DNA of 63,740 nucleotides, filler included, from Octopus bimaculoides (Eukaryota): assembly GCF_001194135.2 (NCBI RefSeq). It is 8 parts of 5 records of this genome, joined end to end, with 100 filler letters (N's around TTAATTAATTAA, not from the genome) between each part and the next. Parts side by side here need not be neighbours in the genome. Positions count along the whole stretch, not along the records: positions 36,125 to 51,978 come from NC_068983.1; positions 52,079 to 60,069 come from NC_068982.1; 6 more parts are not named here. One strand, 5' to 3'. Below, piece by piece: positions 39,227-52,399 of this stretch; positions within the stretch are counted from its first letter, which is position 1; each line of letters opens with the position of its first letter. The position numbers were made by a program, and so were the translations under genes. Below the pieces are notes generated by a model that did no database searches, had not been told where the DNA came from, and saw only the letters and a list, made by a program, of their open reading frames with translations.

Positions 39227-40063
39227 TTGGGTTGTCTGGAAAGTTCATGCCGATTTATAGTATCTTACCTTTCGACTTATTTTAGAACATGGTTGAGTCC
39301 ATAAAATAGGATTTGACTACACCTCCATTTAGAGCACAGTTTAAGCTATCTTTTTGTGGAAGAAGGTTTATGTTCCTATAACCTGTGTTAATTCTGTAAC
39401 CCTTTAAAATGGAAGATAAGAAAATTCATTTTTGGCACTTAATGCTTTCCTTTTTCCGTAAAGGGAAAAACGCCTCACAAGCAACCAAAGAAATATGCAC
39501 AGTTTATGGTGATGTTTCTTTATTCGAAAGAAATGTACAGAAGTGGTTCGCAAGGTTCCGAGCTGGAGATTGTAGCCTTATTGATAAAGAGTGATCAGGC
39601 AGACCATCCACTACAGATGATGACCAAATCAAGTCATTAATTGAGAATAACCCACATTGCACAACCCAAGAATTGGCAGAAAGCCTCAACCTATCAAAAT
39701 CCGTCATTCATGAGCACCTGGTAAAGCTTGGGTACACAAGAAGAACCTTTTGGATTGCATTTCCATCTGTGATTCGCTTTATAAACAGAATGAAAATGCG
39801 CCTTTTTTAAAGCAAGTTGAGACAGGTGATGAGAAATGGATTATCTACTGAGATGTTCAGAGAAAGCGATCCTGGAGTAAGCAACATGAGCCACCCTTAG
39901 CCACCCCAAAGCAGGTCTTCACCTTAAAAAAGTCTTGCTTTGTGTCTGGTGGGATTGGAAAGGAATTCTGTACTATGAGCTTCTCTCAAGTAACCAGACA
40001 ATTAATTCTGAGAAATTCTGCACACAACTGGACGAGTTAAAAGCAGCAATTCAAGAGAAACGT
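39227..40063 (+). pseudogene. Mariner transposase pseudogene with 5' TIR, internally deleted and 3'-truncated
   Basis: TA-TTGGGTTG TIR. ATG at 39409: MEDKKIHFWHLMLSFFRKGKNASQATKEICTVYG...VQKWFARFRAGD...SGRP...TGDEKWIIY...KKVLLCVWWDWKGILYYELL. The later catalytic region is missing. Confidence 0.93.
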
Positions 40064-41985
40064 TTATAAAATAACGTCATGCTATGCTACTTTGCTTGGA
40101 AACAAGTGAGAGTTGTTGACAGGAAGAGCATCCAGCTATAGAAAATCCACCTCAACAAACTCAGTCTCATCCATTCAAGCATTGAAAGCAGATGTTACAT
40201 GATAATGGAAATGATGGTTTATTACAGCACTACTAGTTTATTACTATTTTTCAATGTCAGTTTACTTTAAACAGTTATGCATTTTAACTTACTTCCTTGC
40301 TTGTTTCTAGCTAATTCTATCAAGTCCAGCAATTTATAATCTGTGACTTTTTGAATTGTGGATATAATGTTTTAGATTAATATCTTGCATAATATCACCT
40401 GCCTAAATTCAAATACAGAACACCATCTTCCTTCAGTTTATGAAAACAAATCAAAGATCTTGTCTTGCTAAATTTCTGGTTTAAATACATAAGTATATCA
40501 TTATTACCTCTCCCCATTCCCCCCACTGTTTCTTATTGATTCTTTGAATTTGAAGGGGAGAAAAGAAAAATACATATATAGGCTAAAAAAGTAAGACAGT
40601 AATGATATAAAAAGGGTATATGAATTTTAGAGTGAGGTTTAACCAACCCTCTTCTGACCATATTAGTAACAAAATAACATTCTTTGTGAGAATTAATTTC
40701 AAAACCAATGAACAAATGAATAAATAACTTATTTGTCATTATTAAATTAGCTTTTAAAGGTAGGTTGATTGAAAAAAAATTGGTAGAATAGTTGACAAAA
40801 TGACTAGTGAGTTTTAGTTAGATCTCTTAAAAATTGTTAGAAACAATCATTAAATTGCTCTTTGGGATAAAATTTAAACCAATGCTTCTTACACAATGCT
40901 AAAATGGAAAATTTTCATTGAAATACGAAGAATGAGAGGCAGTCTTCAGACTCAGCTGGTATGAGAGTCAAGTACATCAAACAAATTCTAGAATTTTAAC
41001 CTTTTGTTACTGTATTTATATTGAAATACACTGTCTTAGTTGCAACTAATTTTGAAACTAATGAAGAATTTAGTAAAATAAGTTTGTTATTGGTGTTTAG
41101 AACATAAATTATCAAAAATGTTGATGGAAGTTTTTAATTTAGATCACTTTAAATAGAAAATTTGTATCATACAACCAAAGGGGTCTCAGGTGGCTTGGTA
41201 TAAAAAAAGTTATATAGCAACTACAATAGAGATATGCATTTAAGGACAAAACCTTAAACTTTCCTGACCCACTTAACAGCAAACCAGGAAAAAAATTGTT
41301 AACGTAAATGACTGTGTGGTAGGTCATGAAATTCACTCAAAGTTGGTTAAGGGTTTTCAATGCCAAGATTGAGTCCTCATCATATGAAATTTGAAAAAAA
41401 GTGCCAAGTATTTTCAAGTGTTCCAGCTTTGCTTCATTAATCAATGATAATTGAAGGTCACTGTCAACTATTTGGTTGACAACCACTTTAACATAGGTCA
41501 AATGAATCAGGGCTAAATGAGACGACCCAACAGCATTTGGGAAATATATACTATTATTTATTAGGGACTGTTTGAATAGTTATGAATGTATCACAGAGCC
41601 TCTTCAACAGAGATGACTGAACATAATAATATTAATAGCAGTTTCTAATTTAGGCACAAAGCTGACAATTTTGAGGTTGAAGAGGGTTTTAGTTAATAGT
41701 ATTGATTAAAGCCAGTTCTTGACTGGTATTTTATTGACGCTAGAGAGATAATGATAATAATAATTCTTTCTTTTATAGGCACAAAGCCTGAAAATTTGGG
41801 GGAGGGTGCTAGTTGATTACACTGACCCCAGTGCTCAGTTGATACTTATTTTATTGACGCTGAAAGGGTGAAGGCCAAAGTCAACCTCAGCTGAATTTGA
41901 ACTGCTGGAAGAAATGCCTCAAAGCATTCTATTCAGCATGATGGTAATACTGCTTGCTCGCTGCTTTCATAATGATAATAATAGT

Positions 41986-42074
41986 TTGAATCACTCCCAG
42001 AAATTGAATCACTTCCAGAATTTGAACCAGTCCAAGAGCTGAATCAATCTCAGCACTTGAATCACTCCCAGAAC
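41986..42074 (+). repeat. Imperfect 18-bp minisatellite, about 5 units (TTGAATCACTCCCAGAAA)
   Basis: Directly visible tandem units. Confidence 0.8.
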
Positions 42075-42337
42075 AAGAGAAGAAGTTTCAGGTTTGGAAG
42101 CAAGGTCTACAATTGAAGGGTCAAAGAGTTAAACTTGCAAAAACCAAAATCTTAGTAAGTAGGCAGACAAATCACAAATCCCCTCAGGTAGATGGCTCTG
42201 CTTGATCTATAGGAAAGAGGTAGGTAGAAATTCCATTAGAAGTACCCAGTGCAAGCTATGGACACATAAAAGGTGTAGCAATATCAGAAGAAGGTTAAAG
42301 GGGAAAATAGTTTTTGTGTGTGGTAGGTGCACAGGTA

Positions 42338-42745
42338 CATCATCATCATCATCATCGTTTAACGTCCACTTTCCATGCTAGCATGGGTTGGACGATTTGA
42401 CTGAGGACTGGCAAACCAGATGGCTACACCAGGCTCCAATCTGATTTGGCAGAGTTTCTACAGCTGGATGCCCTTCCTAATGCCAACCACTCTGAGAGTG
42501 TAGTGGGTGCTTTTACATGCCACCGGCACAAAAGCCAGTCAGGCAGTACTGGCAACGGCCACGCTCAAAATGGTGTATTTTACATGCCACCTGTACAGGA
42601 GCCAGTCCAGCAGCACTGGCAATGACCTCACTCGAATGTCTTTTCACATGCCACCGGCACAAGTGCCAGGAAGGCGACACTGGTAACGATCACGCTAAAA
42701 TGGTGCTATTTACGTGCCACTGGCATGGAAGCCAGACAGCTGCTA
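42338..42745 (-). mobile_element. RTE 3'UTR and tail with ~70-bp internal tandem repeats
   Basis: (CAT)n tail, then TTTACATGCCACCGGCAC-type units repeated four times. Confidence 0.85.
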
Positions 42746-42751
42746 CTAAAA

Positions 42752-43853
42752 ATGTGCAGCAAAAAGCTTTGCCAAGGGGGAAAGCTAGAAGTATTTGATA
42801 GCTTCCATTATCTAGATGACCAAGTCAGTAGCGGAGGGTGGTGGATGCTCTGAGAGCATAGCTGCTAGAATAAGAATAGATTGGGCAATGTACAGAGAGC
42901 TCCTATTTCTGTTGGTAACAAAATGCCTCTTTCTCAGAATGAAAGGCAGATTGTATGATGCCTTTGTGTGAACAGCTATGCTATATGGCAGTGAAACATG
43001 GGTTGTGATATGTGTAGGCTTGAAAGAAATGAAGCTAGTATGCTTTGCTGGATGTGTATTGTCAGTGTGCATGTATGACAAAGTGTAAGCTTCTTCAGAG
43101 AAAAGCTGGGCATAAGGAGCATCCGATGTGGTATATAAGAGAAACAACTGGTATAGTCATGTGATGCATATAGATGTGGACAATTGTGTGAAGAAGTGTT
43201 GATCTCTACCAGTGGAAGGAAGTTGTGGAAGAGGTAGACTTAGGAAGACATGGTGTGAGGTGGTGAAGCACAATCTTTAAATGTTGGGTCTCATGGATCT
43301 TTAAACGTTGGGCCTCATGAGACCTTTGGTGATATGCCATGCTTGAAAAAACCTGTCAAGCCAAGTGAAATCATAGCTGTGGTTATTGTCAGTGTCATGT
43401 TACTGGCACCTCTACTGGTGGCAGGTAAAAAGCACTTTTCGAGCATTGGGCCTCATGGAGGCAATGTGGCTGATGCTGGTGTTGCGTAACTAGCACTTGT
43501 GCTGATGACAGGTAAAAAACACCTTCTGAGTGCTAGGCTTGATGGAAGCAATGACAAATGACTAAGACCATTGGCAATATGCCATGCTTAAGAAGACCCA
43601 TCAAGTCAAGTGAAATTGTAGTCCTGGTAGGTATTGATATCATGCAAATGGCACCTGTGCCGGTGGCATGTAAAAGCACCCATTACATTCTTGGAGTGGT
43701 GGGCATTAGGAAGGCCATCCAGCCGTAGAAACCATGCCAAATCAGACTAGAGTCTGGTGCAGCCCCTCAGCTTACCAGCTCCGGTCAAATTGTCCAATCC
43801 ATGCCAGCATGGACAACAGACACTAAATGATAATGATGATGATGATGATGATG
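42752..43853 (+). pseudogene. 5'-truncated RTE (BovB-like) LINE: ORF C-terminus, 3'UTR and (GAT)n tail
   Basis: KLEVFDSFHYL...GCSESIAARIRI...KGRLYDA...AMLYGSETW...RLERNEASML...GRGRLRKTW. Confidence 0.9.
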
Positions 43854-44067
43854 AATAATTTCTAATTTAGGCACAAAGTCAGCAATTTGGCAGGGCAGCT
43901 TGTCAATACTGTCATCCCCAGGTATTTTATTTTATCAGCCCTAGAGGAATGAAAGTCAAAGATGACCTTGGCAGAATTAGAACCCAAAACAGAAAACCAG
44001 GACCACTAATGCAAGGAATTTCTTCTAACATTCTGACAATTCTGCCAGCTTACTGCTCTGTTGTCAT

Positions 44068-44134
<67 letters not shown>

Positions 44135-44371
44135 GATGGTGATGGTGATGGTGATGATGATGATGATGGTGATGGTGATGGTGATGGTAATGATGATGAT
44201 GATGATGATGATGATGGTGATGGTGATGGTAATGATGATGATGATGATGATGGTGATGGTGATGGTGATGATGACGATGACGGTGACGATAACGATGATG
44301 ATGATGATGATGGTGATGGTGATGGTGATGATGATGATGATGATGATGATGGTGATGGTGATGATGATGAT
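44068..44371. repeat. (GAT)n/(GATGGT)n microsatellite
   Basis: Directly visible; it generates the spurious poly-Asp and poly-Met ORFs. Confidence 0.95.
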
Positions 44372-44784
44372 ATAATAATAATCTATACTATAATAAAGAA
44401 AGTTGTTTTCTAATTAGTTTGGATTATGTAACTTTTACTAAAGGAAAGCAATTATTAAAATCTAGACTGTTTGGAAAATTTTTATAAATTCCAGTTTTAA
44501 TATATTTTTTTTTTTTATCAAAATACAGATTTCAAGTTTCTTTTATTATTGAATATTTCCACTACGCACTTCAATCATAAGTTTAATTTTTATTCAATGC
44601 AACACTTAGCATTTTTTAATGTTTGTTTATACTTCTGGAAAATATAAAGGTTACCCAGATATTTACAACACTACTTTCTAAAAATTATAAGTCTAATTTA
44701 GCTTCAGTCAAATTATGTTCATTTCAGTATCCTTTCATATTTGTTGGTTGTTGTTGAAGAAATCGGAAGCTGAATAAGGAAAGT

Positions 44785-45127
44785 GTTTAACATTGTTTTT
44801 TAATTAACTTATGTCAATTGGGCATAACTACAGAAGAGTGTCCTCACCAGCACCTCTAGCGATTTTCTGTTCTCATAACCATCTGAAAAATGAATATGTT
44901 TTAATCAAATTTTCTATATATATACCTTTCAGATGGTATAAGAAAAGTGTTTTTAATTAGCTTATATCAATTGGGCATAACTACAAAAGAGTGCCCCCAC
45001 CACTACCACCACCACCAACAACAACAACAACAACAACAACAACAACGATTTTTTTTTTCTATAACCATCTGGAAAATGGATATTTTTTTAATGAAATTTT
45101 CTATATATACCTTTCAGATAGTATAAA
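44785..45127. repeat. Two-unit tandem duplication, about 160-180 bp per unit
   Basis: TTTTTAATTAxCTTATxTCAATTGGGCATAACTACAxAAGAGTG...ATAACCATCTG...TACCTTTCAGAT occurs twice. Confidence 0.85.
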
Positions 45128-45746
45128 TTATGATGATATTGGAATTTCATGTGATGAAAATTGTTTTCTAATGCATTTTGATGATTCAATTATCATTATG
45201 TTGAAAAAGATATTACTTTTGAGGACTATTTCATCCTTTCTTGAAAATTCTCTGAAAGAAATCTTTGTAGAAAGATGATTACATTGCTAGCACTAATTAT
45301 TGAATACATATTTCTTTCATTATTTTATCTTAATTTTTCTCTTTTAAACAAGCTTAAAGGTGATCCATCTCTGTGGTTGTTTAGTATGTTAGAAATAGCA
45401 GGGATCATATGGGTCTCAAAAGTTTTTGTTTCTTCTCAACATTAAATCATCAAAACATGAAGAAACAAAGTTGAGATGGATGAAATATCTGCACCTCCCC
45501 CATTATTTTTTTTATCACTTTAAATTCTGATACATTTGTAATCTACACCATCAGAAAGTTATTTGTTGACAATTTCATTAAAAAATATACATCATTCTGA
45601 AAGCTATGGGGAAACAAAATTGAGGCATGTAAATTATCCAAAATTTCCCACACCCTCCGAAAAAGTTTTCCCTATAAATTCCAATATACTAATGAAGCAT
45701 TGTAATGACAAAGACTTGGTGTCAGTTTATATACATTTATTGCTAC

Positions 45747-46081
45747 AAAGTCAAAGGTTTTGGAGTGACATCTGGAGCAAAGACAAGGGGCACAAGAAGG
45801 ATGCTGAATGGTTGCAAGAGCTGAAACAAACACTAGTCTGTCCAAAACAGGCAGAACTAGTCATTTCAGTTAGGGAAGTGAAGGAAATCAGCAAAAAAAT
45901 TAGCAACTGGAAGGCCCCGAGACCAGATGGAGTTCAAGGCTACTGGATCAAGAGATTTGGTGAATGTCATGCACGAATAGGTGCGCAACTCAATGTCTTG
46001 TTAAATGCCAACCATGTAACACCAGAGTGGTTGACATTGGGTAGAACAGTTCTGTGCCTGAATAACATCGAAAAAGGCAAT
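45747..46081 (+). pseudogene. R4/Dong-type retrotransposon, pre-RT segment
   Basis: RFWSDIWS...AEWLQELK...NWKAPRPDGVQGYWIKRF...PEWLTLGRTVLC..KGN (WKAPGPDG motif). Confidence 0.9.
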
Positions 46082-46960
46082 CTACCGTGGAGTAAAACCA
46101 CCCAGGTGTTGATAGCTTCGATCTTATTCCGTCCATTTAACTTCAACTTTAGAATCAGTCTCAGTCTGCCACCTTAAATTTTTCTGTCATTTCTTTCTCC
46201 ATCAATTTATCCATTTCCAAAATCCCCAAATACTTATAGCCCGTCACTTCTATCTGCTTCATAACCTCTCCTGACAGTATTGTTAGCCTGTCCATACATT
46301 TGATTTTGCCTCTCTTCAAGACTAACACACCACACTTTCTCAGTCCGAACTCCATTCCGATATCAGCACTGAAGGTGTACACCGTATCAACGAGGGAACT
46401 GACTTGGGCTTCATCTTTACCATAAAGTTTGAGGTCATCCATGAATAACAAATGGTTGACTTTTTGTTGGCAGCTTTTGAATACATACCCAGCTTTTGCT
46501 TTCCTCAGAATCAGTGTTAGTGGTATCAAGCACAGTACAGAGATCAATGGGCACAGGCAGTCTCCTTGGAAGATGCCCCTCCTCCTAATTTCTACTGTCC
46601 CTAAGCTTCTTCCATATGCTGTCAGGTCCATCCTCCAATTTGTCATACTTTTTCCAAGCAATCACTCAACATTCGATGCAATACCAAATAGGTTCATACA
46701 CTCCATAATCCAAGAATGTGGGATCATATTGTACGTCTTACGATAGTTGATCTATGACATGGCTAAGTTACTTTTCCTCCTCTTGCAGTCTCTAAGTACA
46801 GTTTTGTCTATCAGGAGTTGATCCTTGGTATCTCTGCACTTGCATTTGCAACCCTTCTGCTCATGTGGCAGGACTCCATTTATTTCCAAATGTTCGTACG
46901 TTGACTCTGCGAGAATTCCAGTCAATAACTTCCACATAAGTGGCAACCAGGATATCGGCA
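46082..46960 (-). pseudogene. R4/Dong-type reverse transcriptase core, inverted
   Basis: [15 protein letters not shown]...EQKGC...DQLLID...IDYRKTYNMIPHSWI...GIFQGDCLCPL...NHLLFMDDLKLY...DIGMEFGLRKC...YKYLGILE...KLNGRNKIEAINTW. Confidence 0.93.
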
Positions 46961-46994
46961 CTATTTTCATCTTCTTCATTTTCCTTAGCCAGTC

Positions 46995-47640
46995 TCTGGC
47001 TGCCCAGTCCTGGCTAAGAAGGAATATATTTACAACACGACAGAGTTGGGACCCATATACACTGGAAGCTATGTCAACACTATGGAATAACAACAGAAAA
47101 AAGATGGTATAGGCACATGCCAGAAAAGGTCACAGAAAATGAGAAAGTAGCCATACTCTGGGATATGCCAATACACACAGATAAAGAAATTAAGGTCAAT
47201 AGGCCATTTATAGCTGTCAGAGATCACCAAGAAAAAAAGAACTTTCTAATCAATGTATCAATAGCAACAGATGACAACGTTTCTCTAAAAGAAATGGAGA
47301 AACTTTTGAAAATGCAATGATCTGGAAATAGAGGTAACTCGAATGTGGAGCCTAAAAGCAGAAACGATTCCTGTTATAGTAGGAGCATTAGCTATGATAA
47401 AAAAAACATTCAGACAAATACATAACAAAAACACTAGGACTTGCAAGTATATATAATATACAGAAAATGACACTACTAGGCACCACACACATCCTACGTA
47501 AAACACTTTCAATACAGTGAAAACAAGAGCACCGCAACAAACCACAGCACATACCCAAAGCACACAGAACTGTGCTCAGTAGTGCTATGAAAGCATGTGA
47601 TAAAAATAAGACTACTGAATAGTAATAATAATAATAATAA
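46995..47640 (+). pseudogene. R4/Dong-type REL endonuclease 3' end, 3'UTR and (AAT)n tail (second family)
   Basis: [20 protein letters not shown]...[11 protein letters not shown]...ILWDMPIHTD...NRP...D...DLEIEVTRMW...IPVIVGALA...LLGTTHILRKTLSIQ*. Confidence 0.9.
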
Positions 47641-47771
47641 TGATTATAATAATAAGACCAAACATAACGATTATAATTATGGAAAAGTGACGTTACTTAC
47701 TTATTGACCCACCGTGCTCGTTTGATTCCAGGATCGTAAAGAAAGAGGAAGAAAACCAAAAAAAAAAAGAT

Positions 47772-48085
47772 ACTATCTGTTAAAATTTGAAATAGGAAGA
47801 ATTTGGAGCATGCGAACAGTAAAGGTCATACCTATAATAATTAGTGCGTTGGGAACAGTAAGCAAAGATATAGACAAATGGCTGAAGGAGATTGAAATAG
47901 AATGCCTGGTAGAGCTCCTAGAGAAAATTTGTCTCCTAGGGACAGCAAGGATTATCAGGAGGGTCCTAACCACTTGAAAGACTGTTGAAAACTTGTGGAT
48001 ACCTAAAGTTACAGGTAGTAAGCCTGCTATTCACATAATTCCTACCAGGAATAAGACCAAACCAGAGTCAAACCAAAATAATAAT
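47772..48085 (+). pseudogene. Short 3' end of another R4/Dong-type family
   Basis: LKFEIGRIWSMRTVKVIPIIISALGTVSK...LEKICLLGTARIIRRVL, then a 3'UTR ending AAATAATAAT. Confidence 0.85.
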
Positions 48086-48975
48086 CTCTTTCCTCTATGG
48101 GCTACAAGGACCCATATGTATATACAGTAATTTGTTACAAAAGGGTTTACTGGCCACTACTACATTCTTATGAAATTTAACATTTTACAGTGATTGAAAT
48201 AACTTGAGTGTTAGTTGTAAGTATTGTTTAATCTCAGGCTAGGCTGGCCATTTAGTCTATTATTCAGACATAATGTATCTAGGACTATGTTATCCAATGT
48301 ATTCAATGTCTTCGGCACTTTTTAAAGACAAAAGGATGATTAGAGAAATATTTGGCTGCTATTTCTAGCAAGTTTAGCAATTTTGTTGAAACTCTTGTTT
48401 TGCTCCAGTGCTAGTGACATGAAGAGCAGAATACATGTAATACAGTATGCATGAAATGTTAATATCAACCATAAGTATATAAATATCATCCATAAAGAGG
48501 TGTGTGTTTTTGAACAAAGTACTTGTAGTTTCAAAGGCTGTAAAATAGGTACAGTACATCTAGTACATTAATCTGTTTGAAACTAGAATAAGATTTCATC
48601 TTCATCCATTTAACAATAAAAAATTCTGATATCATAAAAATAAATATCAGCAGTATAAGTTATTATAACGGTAGAAAAATAAACTAAAATGAATAAGATA
48701 TATATAAGGTGTACAGCATTCTTGGCACATTATCACTAGAATAATTTCTTATCTTTGAATGGTTAGATTAAAAAGAGATGATTTCCTCAGAAATCTTTAT
48801 TTATATTGGAAAATTCAACCATCTTGCATTAGGTACTGCCATGCCTTTAGGTTAGACACAAGGTATTACTCATCACATTCTGCTTACTTGGAAAATATTA
48901 ACCAAATCCAAATTTACAGAAAAGGAAAACAGAGATTAGAAAACATTGGTTAGCATAATATATATTAGAGTAATT

Positions 48976-49183
48976 TAGCATGCTGACAGAATTGTTACTA
49001 CACTGGGAAAAATGCTTAGTGGCATTTTGTCCGTCTTTACATGCTGAGTTCAATTTCCACCAAGGTCAACTTTGCCTCTCATCCTTTCAGGGTTGATAAA
49101 ATAAGTACCAGCTAAATATTGGGATTAATGAAATCAACTGTCCCTCCCCCGAAATTGCTGGCCTTGTGTCAAAATTTGAAACC
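48976..49183 (+). mobile_element. Family B SINE, near full-length
   Basis: GCTGACAGAATTGTTA...GAGTTCAATTTCC...TCATCCTTTCAGGGTTGATAAAATAAGTACCAG...GCCTTGTGTCAAAATTTGAAACC. Confidence 0.85.
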
Positions 49184-50245
49184 AATACTAGATATCAAAG
49201 TGGCGTTCACAAGACTTAGAATTAGAACTTGGTTTTAAAATGTATATTAACCCTTTCACTGCTAAATTAAATTTCATGGTTATTACAGTAATGATATAAA
49301 TATCTACAAGAAGATAGGAGTGGTATTTTCTCTAAGTCACATTGCTTTAGTAAATTTGACTTGTCTCAACAAATATAGTTTCAAACACCACATACCTCTA
49401 AAAAAATAGATTAGTATATAAAACTGTTTGCCACAGTTAAGGGTAAGGAAATTTTGAGTGGACATATCTGATTCCTGCAGTGAAAGGGTTTATATATAAA
49501 AAGTCATCCATAAGTTGCCTTCAGCATCAACACTATTTGTTATCATGGTATTGCAGCTTGTCCTTAGCCAGAGACATTTATTTCAAATGTTTCTTTTCAG
49601 ACACAAGTTGAAGTAGTACTAAACAATGAATCATTTTTAAACAGTGATGAAAGAAAAAACACAAACAAACAAATCGTTAATTCTTGAAATAGGAGATGGT
49701 GTTGGTGTGAGGGTCTTTCATCAGTAATGCTATGGCAATGACCTTTAGTGTAGTGTCTTTAAGGCATTGATATTAATTGTAACAAAAGCATGAAAGCATA
49801 TGGAAATTCATTGAGAAGCCTTTGAGGACTAGTTATGGTGAAAGTAAGAATTCAGAAATAAAAAAAGTGAAGAAGTGTTTTGTAGATTTCTTGTTACCAT
49901 ATTAACATTCGAAACAATGAGGAAAACAGAAATAAATCCTCTAAAACTACTACTTAATAAGTGACCTAGATATACCCCACCCCACAAAAAAAAAAAGCTA
50001 CAACAAAAATAAATAACCATATTCTACTAAATTAACCACTTCACTTAAGACTTAACTACAAGTGGCTCAAGATAAATTTAACTTGATAGCACCAACAACT
50101 ATTATTTTGTAAATCTCATTCTTACAAAAATAGTAGAAATGCTGAGTATACCCTTCTTGGGGGTCAACCTTTTTTGCTGCTACTTATGACATGATATGCA
50201 GGAATACAGTGTACGGTTTTTAGATGAGGAATACTATATCCATAA

Positions 50246-50634
50246 GGAGGTGCAATGGCCCAGTAGTTAGGGCAGCAGACTTGCAGTCGTAGGATTGCAG
50301 TTTCGATTCCCAGACCGGGCGTTGTGAGTGTTTATTGAGCGAAAACACCTAAAGCTCCATGAGGCTCCGGCAGGGGATGGTGGCGAACCCTGCTGTACTC
50401 TTTCACCACAACTTTCTCTCACTCTTATTTCCTGTTTCTGTTTGTACCTGTAATTCAAAGAGTCAGCCTTGTCACACTGTATCACGCTGAATATCTCCGA
50501 GAACTACATTAAGGGTACACGTGTCTGTGGAATGCTCAGCCACTTGCATGTTAATTTCACGAGCAGGCTGTTCCGTTGATCGGATCAACTGGAACCCTTG
50601 ACGTCGTAAGCGACGGAGTGCCAACAACAACAAC
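50246..50634 (+). mobile_element. Full-length tRNA-derived SINE, family C, with (CAA)n tail and 9-bp target duplication
   Basis: A box TGGCCCAGTAG, B box GTTTCGATTCC; ACTATATCC at 50233-50241 and 50633-50641. Confidence 0.9.
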
Positions 50635-52078
50635 TATATCCCTGCATATTGTTAGAGGCAACTAAGCAAGCTGGTGTCAGGAAGGGTATCTAACAAAATG
50701 TAGAATTAAGTTTGCTTTATGACCACATGGTTCCAAGTTCATTCCTAGTGCTCAAGACCAAGGGTAAGTGTTTTCTATGGCTTTCCATGTCAGTTAGGAG
50801 AAACGGATGTAAAGCGCTGCTGTAGAATCTGTAATGTCAGTTGAATCAGCCCCTGATGGTTTACATATTTTATTGACGCAGGAGAAATGGAAAGAAACAT
50901 TGACCTTGCCACTATTTGAACCCTATATGTGGAAGGATGAAAGTTGATATTTTAAGTACAACATCCTACCCTGGCTACCACTTGATTGTTCTTCCAAATA
51001 ATAAAAATATTAAGCTAGCATGTATATTCCATATCAAAATGAAATGACCAAATCAAGGCATAGAAGGTGCAGGTATGATTGTGTGGTTAAGAAGTACAAT
51101 TTGCAGTCAGGTTCCTACTATAGACTTGGGTGAACCAATGTTTTGGGTAACCATTAGGTGACTAATGCTGTTGGGTGACCAGTGTGTTGGGTGATCAATG
51201 CCTTGGGTGACAAATGCCTTATGAGTGAAATTTAGTAGTAGATGGGAACCATATTTAAGTCTATCATATAAGTACATATATGTGTGTGTGTGTGTGTACA
51301 CATATGTCAAGTTTCCACACAGTAGATAATACTTGCCCGGGGCCTTGTGCACTGGGATTGAACATGGAACCATGTAGTTGTGAGAAAACTTCCACATTGT
51401 GTTGTGTTAGATTATTTAGCAGCTGGACATTCTGAGTTCAAATCCCGCTGTGGTCAGCCTTGCCTTTTCATCCCTCTGGAGTCAGTAAACTAAAGTATCA
51501 CTTAATTACTAGGTTCAAAGTACTTCCCTCAAAATTGCCGACCTTGTGCCTAAATTCAGAAAACATTTAACTTTAGACACAGTTAACAGGTTTGATCTTT
51601 TTTTTTCTGAAAAAGTTGCCTGAGAATAAATAGCATCCTTTTGTGAATGGAAACTATTTTCCCTGTTAAAAAATCAAGAGAAGACACAGCAAATTAAAGT
51701 AGGGCTGTGCTCTGAGCAAAAGCTAGACAGCAACTGACATTCTTCCACTGATACTCCCAGCTTGTAAACATCTGTTGTTGTCAGTTTGCATTTTCATTAC
51801 TCAAGACACTGCTCATCACCTGAGGCATTTTATGTGCGAAAATTTGCTCATAAACCAACTTGTTCATGATGAGTGACGTTTGTAAAGTGAGGTTCCACTT
51901 GGATTTTTTAAAATATGCTAGGCCACTGGTTTAAATTGATATTAATTTAATTAATATTAATTTTTACCCTCATTATTTNNNNNNNNNNNNNNNNNNNNNN
52001 NNNNNNNNNNNNNNNNNNNNNNTTAATTAATTAANNNNNNNNNNNNNNNNNNNNNNNNNNNNNNNNNNNNNNNNNNNN

Positions 52079-52137
<59 letters not shown>

Positions 52138-52399
52138 GGATTCAGTTAATGATAGGAAACTACAGATGATGAACGTTATTTCCGTTTACATTATCACGAT
52201 TCACATCATATTTGAATAGAAAGAGAATGTTCTGCCGTTTTGAACGAGATAAGTTTAAACACGAAACAATTCAAATTAGCCTACCGCAATTACTGATGGT
52301 GTGATGGTATGACAATAATATATGCAACTTCATAAAGAAATTTAAAACCTGTAGTGTTAAAGAACGTGAAGAAAAAATCGGAATGCACGAATATTCCGT

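Noticed and set aside
43949-44413. Asp-rich 154-aa ORF (shell/biomineral-like acidic protein)
   Set aside because: It starts inside a family B SINE and is simply a (GAT)n tract next to an RTE-type tail region; there are no splice or codon signals.
50246-50320. tRNA gene
   Set aside because: It has A and B boxes but no full cloverleaf and continues into a SINE body. The same applies to all tRNA-like heads in the window.
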